Below the pieces are notes generated by a model, which did no database searches, was not told the DNA's origin, and saw nothing but the letters and a program-made list of their open reading frames with translations. 46,652 bases of DNA, taken from assembly GCA_964571545.1 (NCBI GenBank), contig CAZNCK010000003.1, forward strand, positions 11,455-58,106. Reading direction: 5' to 3'. Positions 42,667 through 46,652 of this stretch are shown one piece after another. This DNA comes from an uncultured Treponemataceae bacterium (GTDB lineage Bacteria > Spirochaetota > Spirochaetia > Treponematales > UBA12059). The translations under genes were made by a program, and so were the position numbers. Position 1 is the stretch's first letter. Every line of letters begins with the position of its first letter.

Positions 42667-42775
42667 AGCCTCTTTGAACATAGCGGGCAAGACGTGTTGT
42701 ACTTTTCTTAAATATCTCCATAATATAGTTGACAGAATGATATTAGAAACTAATAGAATACCATTGAGGTAGCGC

Positions 42776-43987
42776 ATGCCAGCAACAAGGAAGACTCTAC
42801 TCCTCGTAGAAGATGAAGCGGTCATCGCCATAACTGAAAAATTCGCCCTCGAGAGGTACGGATATTCCGTACTCCATGTAACTACCGGAGAAAAGGCGCT
42901 TGAGATAGTCGAAACAAACCCTGAAATCGAACTGATCCTCATGGATATCGACCTCGGAACAGGCATTGACGGGACACAGGCCGCTGAGACGATACTGGAA
43001 AGCCATGATATTCCTATTGTCTTTGTATCGAGCCACAGCGAGCGTGAGGTTGTCGAAAAGACTGAAAAAATCACGTCGTATGGGTATGTCCTGAAAAGCT
43101 CGTCGATTACCGTGCTCGATGCCTCCATCAAGATGGCCTTCAAGCTGTTCGATGCCCGCAAACAAGTTCAGAAACGTTCCGATGAGTTATACGAACGTAC
43201 GCAGCTCCTTGAAAACATCCTTGAGCATTTCCCCGGCTCGGTATTTTGGAAGGATACCGCATCGATATATCAGGGATGCAATACCGGTTTCGCTCTGGCG
43301 GCCGGCCTTGGGTGCGCCGCTGACATCGTGGGAAAAACTGATTTCGATCTACCTTGGAAGTCAAAAGAAGCTGCTGCGTACCGGGCCGATGATAGCCAGG
43401 TGATCAGTACCCAATTATCAAAACTGCACATTGAAGAGACGCAGCACCAGTCCGATGGAATAATCCATTGGTACGATACCTCCAAGATACCCTTGTTTGA
43501 TTCATGCAAGCATGTCATCGGCGTGCTGGGCGTCGCCACGGATGTTTCAGAAAAAAAACGTCAAGAAACCCACCTGCGTAAACTGATCCTGGCAATCGAG
43601 CAGAGCCCTACAACGATCTTGATTACTGATATCAACGGCAGCATCGAGTATGTAAATCCCAAATTTCTGGAACTTACTGGTTACTCCAGAGACGAGGTCA
43701 TGGGGAAGAATCCCAGGATCCTTAAAAGCGACACCACCCCTCCGAGCATCTATCCCGAACTCTGGAACACGATCAAGGATGGCGGAATATGGAAGGGGAT
43801 ATTCAGGAACAAGCGGAAGGACGGTTCTCTGTACATAGAAGAAGCGTTGATCGCCCCCGTTACCGACGAGAACGGAAAACAGATAGCCTACATCGCCGTC
43901 AAGGAAGACATTACAGAACGGGAAAGGATTCTGGGAGAACTACACGAAAGCAATGCTCGATATAGGCAGATGCTTGACTCGCAGTAG
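42776..43987 (+). CDS. Response regulator: REC domain followed by two PAS domains, no recognisable output domain
   Basis: REC: LLLVEDEAVIA...LILMDIDLGTGIDG...VFVSSH...YGYVLKS. PAS 1 is around FPGSVFWKDTASIYQGCNTGF. PAS 2 is QSPTTILITDINGSIEYVNPKFLELTGYSRDEVMGKNPRILKS...WKGIFRNKRKDGSLY. The ORF ends just after the linker ESNARYRQMLDSQ. Confidence 0.8.
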   Translation: MPATRKTLLLVEDEAVIAITEKFALERYGYSVLHVTTGEKALEIVETNPEIELILMDIDLGTGIDGTQAAETILESHDIPIVFVSSHSEREVVEKTEKITSYGYVLKSSSITVLDASIKMAFKLFDARKQVQKRSDELYERTQLLENILEHFPGSVFWKDTASIYQGCNTGFALAAGLGCAADIVGKTDFDLPWKSKEAAAYRADDSQVISTQLSKLHIEETQHQSDGIIHWYDTSKIPLFDSCKHVIGVLGVATDVSEKKRQETHLRKLILAIEQSPTTILITDINGSIEYVNPKFLELTGYSRDEVMGKNPRILKSDTTPPSIYPELWNTIKDGGIWKGIFRNKRKDGSLYIEEALIAPVTDENGKQIAYIAVKEDITERERILGELHESNARYRQMLDSQ

Positions 43988-44013
43988 GTTGCGCATATAG
44001 TAACGCATTGAAC

Positions 44014-45945
44014 TCAGCAGCCTTCCAAAAAGGGCTCCTGCGTTTGAGGAAATCGGATTCTATAACAAGTGCCGCGACTGCCGTCAATTTCACAGGTTCC
44101 CTTGAGTTGGTCCACCAGCACCTGCACCAGAGTTAATCCAAGCGTCTTGGGAACTACATTGCCGGAATTGACTGCACTTCCGATACCATCGTCTGCTATT
44201 GAAAGTATAAAATAATCATCCTTTTCTTTTCTGAAATCTACTTTTATTTTCCCCTTTCGTCCGTCGGGAAAGGCATGCTTGAATGCATTGGTAATAAGTT
44301 CATTAAGTATAATTCCGCAAGGTATTGACGCACTGACATTCAATAATACAGATTCAGCCTGCGTAAGGATTTCGACATCTCCACTCGACGTACCGTATGC
44401 AACAAGCAATTTTTTAGAAAGCCGGAACAAGTAGTCACTCATCTCCACATACGAAAACTCATTAGACATGTACAGGTCCTCATGCACCATAGCCATAGCA
44501 GAAATGCGGTCCGTACTCTTCCTGAACCCATCGAAGGCTTGAGCTGGTGTTTGGATTTCAAATGATTGCAAGGCGAGCATGCTCGATATGATGGTTAGAT
44601 TGTTTTTGACCCGGTGATGAAGCTCCCTCAGCAAATTCCTGTTTACCTCAAGGTTTTGCTTGAGTTTTTCTTCTATGCGCTTCCGTTCGGTAATATCCAA
44701 AACCACACCGACATAGTTGCTCAATGTATCATGCTCGTCTTTTACCGCTGCAATTGATACATGTTGAATGCATAGCTGAGCATTATGATTCACGGTAGTC
44801 ACTTCACCGGTCCAGGAATCTGTATGATTTAAAATCCGCCATATCTGTCTGTATAACTCCTGATCATCTTTCCCGAAATAAAGCATGCCAGGCTTCTTGC
44901 CAATGATCTTTTCACGGGTATAGCCGCATGATTTTTCAAACGTAGAATTGACCCAAACAATGCAACCCTTTGGATCAGTAATAAATACACCTTCTGACAT
45001 GTTTTCCAGCGCCCTGTGAAGAACACGTAGATCTTCTATTGTTTTATGCAGACCCTTTCTTGATTCTTTCAATTCTCCAAACAGCGCCTTGAATGATTCA
45101 GCCAGACGGGCCAGTTCCTCAGGCTGGATGACAGGGAACCTGACATCAGCGTCATTATCTGTACGTAAGGCCTCGATAGAATTCCGGAATAGTTTAAGGG
45201 GTTGAATGATTCCGCTTATCACCATCCATACAAATACACCAAGTAATAAAAGCCAAACGCAGGCCTCTATAACTTTACTCTTCAGGTCTTCACGGATCAG
45301 AGTATCCAGTTCGTCTATATAGATACCGGTACCAATCACCCAGCCCCATGGTTTGAATACCCTTATGTATGACAGTTTGGGAAAAGCAGTCTCTGTAGCC
45401 GTGCCGTCGGATAGCGGCTTGGGCCAGTCGTACTCTATGAATCCGGCTTCTGAGCGAGCGGTGAGTTCATTCATTGCGACAAATATATTCCGCCCGTTGA
45501 TGCTTGTATATTTACCGTCGAATCCCGAACGTATTGCCAATGGCATGCTTTCCTGCATGTCGACCAGTTGGGTGCCTTCAAGTTCTGGTGATATGGGATG
45601 CATTATCATACGGGGAACCGGGCTATCCTGATTGTGAATCCAGAAATATTCGTTGCCATCAAAGCTTAAATTCCTGATGGCTTCTATTGCGTCACGCTGG
45701 GCGGTTTCAGTACTGCTATTATCATCAACAGATTGTTGATGATAATAGACAAGCAGGGAGTAGGTCGCTTCAACGAGCTGTTCTAACTGTACTTCCTTGT
45801 CGAACCTGCAATGCTTTGCAAGAGTCTCAATCTCAGTCAGATTGTCCACGATAACCATGGATATGGATATGCCGATAAGGAGAAAAAGTTTCGAGGCGAT
45901 ACCCATGGATAGAATATAACGGGCTACCCGAGATAAAAATTTCAT
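44014..45945 (-). CDS. Sensor histidine kinase: TM, Cache-type extracytoplasmic domain, TM, HAMP, PAS, HisKA_2, HATPase_c
   Basis: 643 aa. Cache-like region (FDGNEYFWIHNQDSPVPRMIMHPISPELEG, WGWVIGTGIYID), then PAS (MSEGVFITDPKGCIVWVNSTFEKSCGYTREKIIGKKP). The H-box is LHHRVKNNLTIISSMLALQ. The ATPase motifs are LNELITNAFKHAF and DDGIG. Confidence 0.85.
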   Translation of the reverse strand: MKFLSRVARYILSMGIASKLFLLIGISISMVIVDNLTEIETLAKHCRFDKEVQLEQLVEATYSLLVYYHQQSVDDNSSTETAQRDAIEAIRNLSFDGNEYFWIHNQDSPVPRMIMHPISPELEGTQLVDMQESMPLAIRSGFDGKYTSINGRNIFVAMNELTARSEAGFIEYDWPKPLSDGTATETAFPKLSYIRVFKPWGWVIGTGIYIDELDTLIREDLKSKVIEACVWLLLLGVFVWMVISGIIQPLKLFRNSIEALRTDNDADVRFPVIQPEELARLAESFKALFGELKESRKGLHKTIEDLRVLHRALENMSEGVFITDPKGCIVWVNSTFEKSCGYTREKIIGKKPGMLYFGKDDQELYRQIWRILNHTDSWTGEVTTVNHNAQLCIQHVSIAAVKDEHDTLSNYVGVVLDITERKRIEEKLKQNLEVNRNLLRELHHRVKNNLTIISSMLALQSFEIQTPAQAFDGFRKSTDRISAMAMVHEDLYMSNEFSYVEMSDYLFRLSKKLLVAYGTSSGDVEILTQAESVLLNVSASIPCGIILNELITNAFKHAFPDGRKGKIKVDFRKEKDDYFILSIADDGIGSAVNSGNVVPKTLGLTLVQVLVDQLKGTCEIDGSRGTCYRIRFPQTQEPFLEGC

Positions 45946-46198
45946 TTCATTCCCTTATGGAAATTAATAAACAGCGAATAAGTGCAAAAAATTTCTCGCT
46001 TACAACTGCTTAAAAGCCGACATTGCTTGAAACATAATTCCAAGTAATGTCAAAATAGATTAACACATTTTTTCATAAATGCAATGGAATTTTTTATATA
46101 TATAATTTATATATATACATTAAGAGTTATATTTCTGTGTTGTGGTTGAATATTCAATGAAACCTGTATGCACTCGCCAGGGTTGTTCAGGTCGAGTC

Positions 46199-46235
46199 GA
46201 AACACCCACGCTTCTGCTTCAAGCGTGGGTGTTTC
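46199..46235 (-). terminator. Strong hairpin immediately downstream of cheW (putative terminator)
   Basis: gaaacacccacgctt (46199-46213) and aagcgtgggtgtttc (46221-46235) form a perfect 15-bp stem with a 7-nt loop. It lies 6 nt after the cheW stop. There is no long U-tract on either strand. Confidence 0.5.
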
Positions 46236-46240
46236 ATTAC

Positions 46241-46652
46241 CTAGTCTACTGCCTCAGTCTTGGCAATAGCCTGGACGTCTTCATCGCGTACCAGGGTCTC
46301 CACATCCAGCAGTATTTTTACATCTTCGTCGACCTTGCCCATGCCGGAGATATACCTATCCTTGCCCGACTGGGTGCGGAACTTGGGCGCTTCCTCGACA
46401 TTGTTCTCCGCTATCTCTATGACTTCCTCGACCGTGTCGACGATAAACCCCAGCGTGGTGCGCGATACGTCGGCTACCACGATACAGGTGCGGTCGTCGT
46501 AGACTCACTCGGGCAGGCCGAAACGCAGGCGCAGGTCCACCATCGGTATCACCTTGCCGCGGAGGTTGATGCCCCCTTCCTAGAACTTTCCAAAGTTGTC
46601 ATCGTCGAGCGCGATGACGTCGGCAGGATTCACCGGCTTGCGATCGGTCCTG
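46241..46652 (-). pseudogene. cheW: CheW-like chemotaxis coupling protein with two in-frame stop codons (runs off the right window edge)
   Basis: One frame reads ...NFGKF*EGGINLRGKVIPMVDLRLRFGLPE*VYDDRTCIVVADVSRTTLGFIVDTVEEVIEI...ISGMGKVDEDVKILLDVE, a canonical CheW domain. TAG lies at 46580-46582 and TGA at 46505-46507. The listed 79-aa ORF is only the tail after the second stop. Confidence 0.75.

Noticed and set aside
42521-42721. 66-aa minus-strand ORF in the intergenic gap
   Set aside because: It is laid over the 42577-42666 palindrome, which by itself generates an open frame. It has no ribosome-binding site and no recognisable motif.
46095-46157. TA-rich tract tatatatataatttatatatatac (46095-46118) and palindrome ttgaatattcaa (46146-46157), considered as a CRISPR-like or satellite repeat
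   Set aside because: It is a single low-complexity AT tract in the promoter region of the Cache kinase. There is no repeat-spacer periodicity. It may contribute to promoter or UP-element function, but nothing more can be supported.
46505-46507. In-frame TGA in cheW as selenocysteine or a programmed read-through site
   Set aside because: I see no SECIS-like hairpin immediately downstream. The position is not a redox site. A second stop (TAG) lies 75 nt upstream in the same frame.

Overview
This is a mosaic bacterial chromosomal segment with no rRNA, tRNA, CRISPR, transposase or integrase that I can see. All domain calls come from motif recognition by eye, not from searches.

- **Left third (0.6-16.4 kb, G+C-rich, all minus strand):** a tightly overlapping operon behind one sigma70-like promoter. 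It runs STAS anti-sigma antagonist, then PAS-like/PP2C/HATPase partner-switching protein, then a degenerate MBL / degenerate GGDEF / REC protein, then a processive GT2 polysaccharide synthase, then a 1018-aa glycosidase-like protein. Upstream on the same strand lie a secreted GH16 glucanase, a DUF2889-like gene, a HisKA_2 sensor kinase, an ABC-F ATPase and a membrane diguanylate cyclase.
- **Middle (16.4-28.2 kb):** AT-rich and G+C-rich blocks of small accessory enzymes (DUF4256, PNPOx, CPBP protease, DHFR-like, VOC, GNAT, ClbS/DfsB, DDAH), plus a PadR-membrane protein pair.
- **28.2-38.6 kb:** a type I R-M locus in hsdR...hsdS...hsdM order. It carries an AAA_21 ATPase + RloB pair (AbiL-like), a DUF3800 remnant, a shortened DinD-like gene, a DUF2971 gene flanked by a duplicated hsdS 5' stub, and a HepT/MNT toxin-antitoxin pair.
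- **Right end:** HU-DUF4469, ABM, a CcdA-like protein, an orphan ABC permease, a 515-nt non-coding gap with two large nested palindromes (one about 182 nt and 6S-RNA-like in shape), a REC-PAS-PAS regulator, a Cache/HisKA_2 kinase and a cheW.
- **Gene disruption:** many genes are broken. These include a 47-nt insertion in the PP2C gene, frameshifts in the diguanylate cyclase and twice in hsdR, and two in-frame stops in cheW. I cannot tell real gene decay from assembly error.
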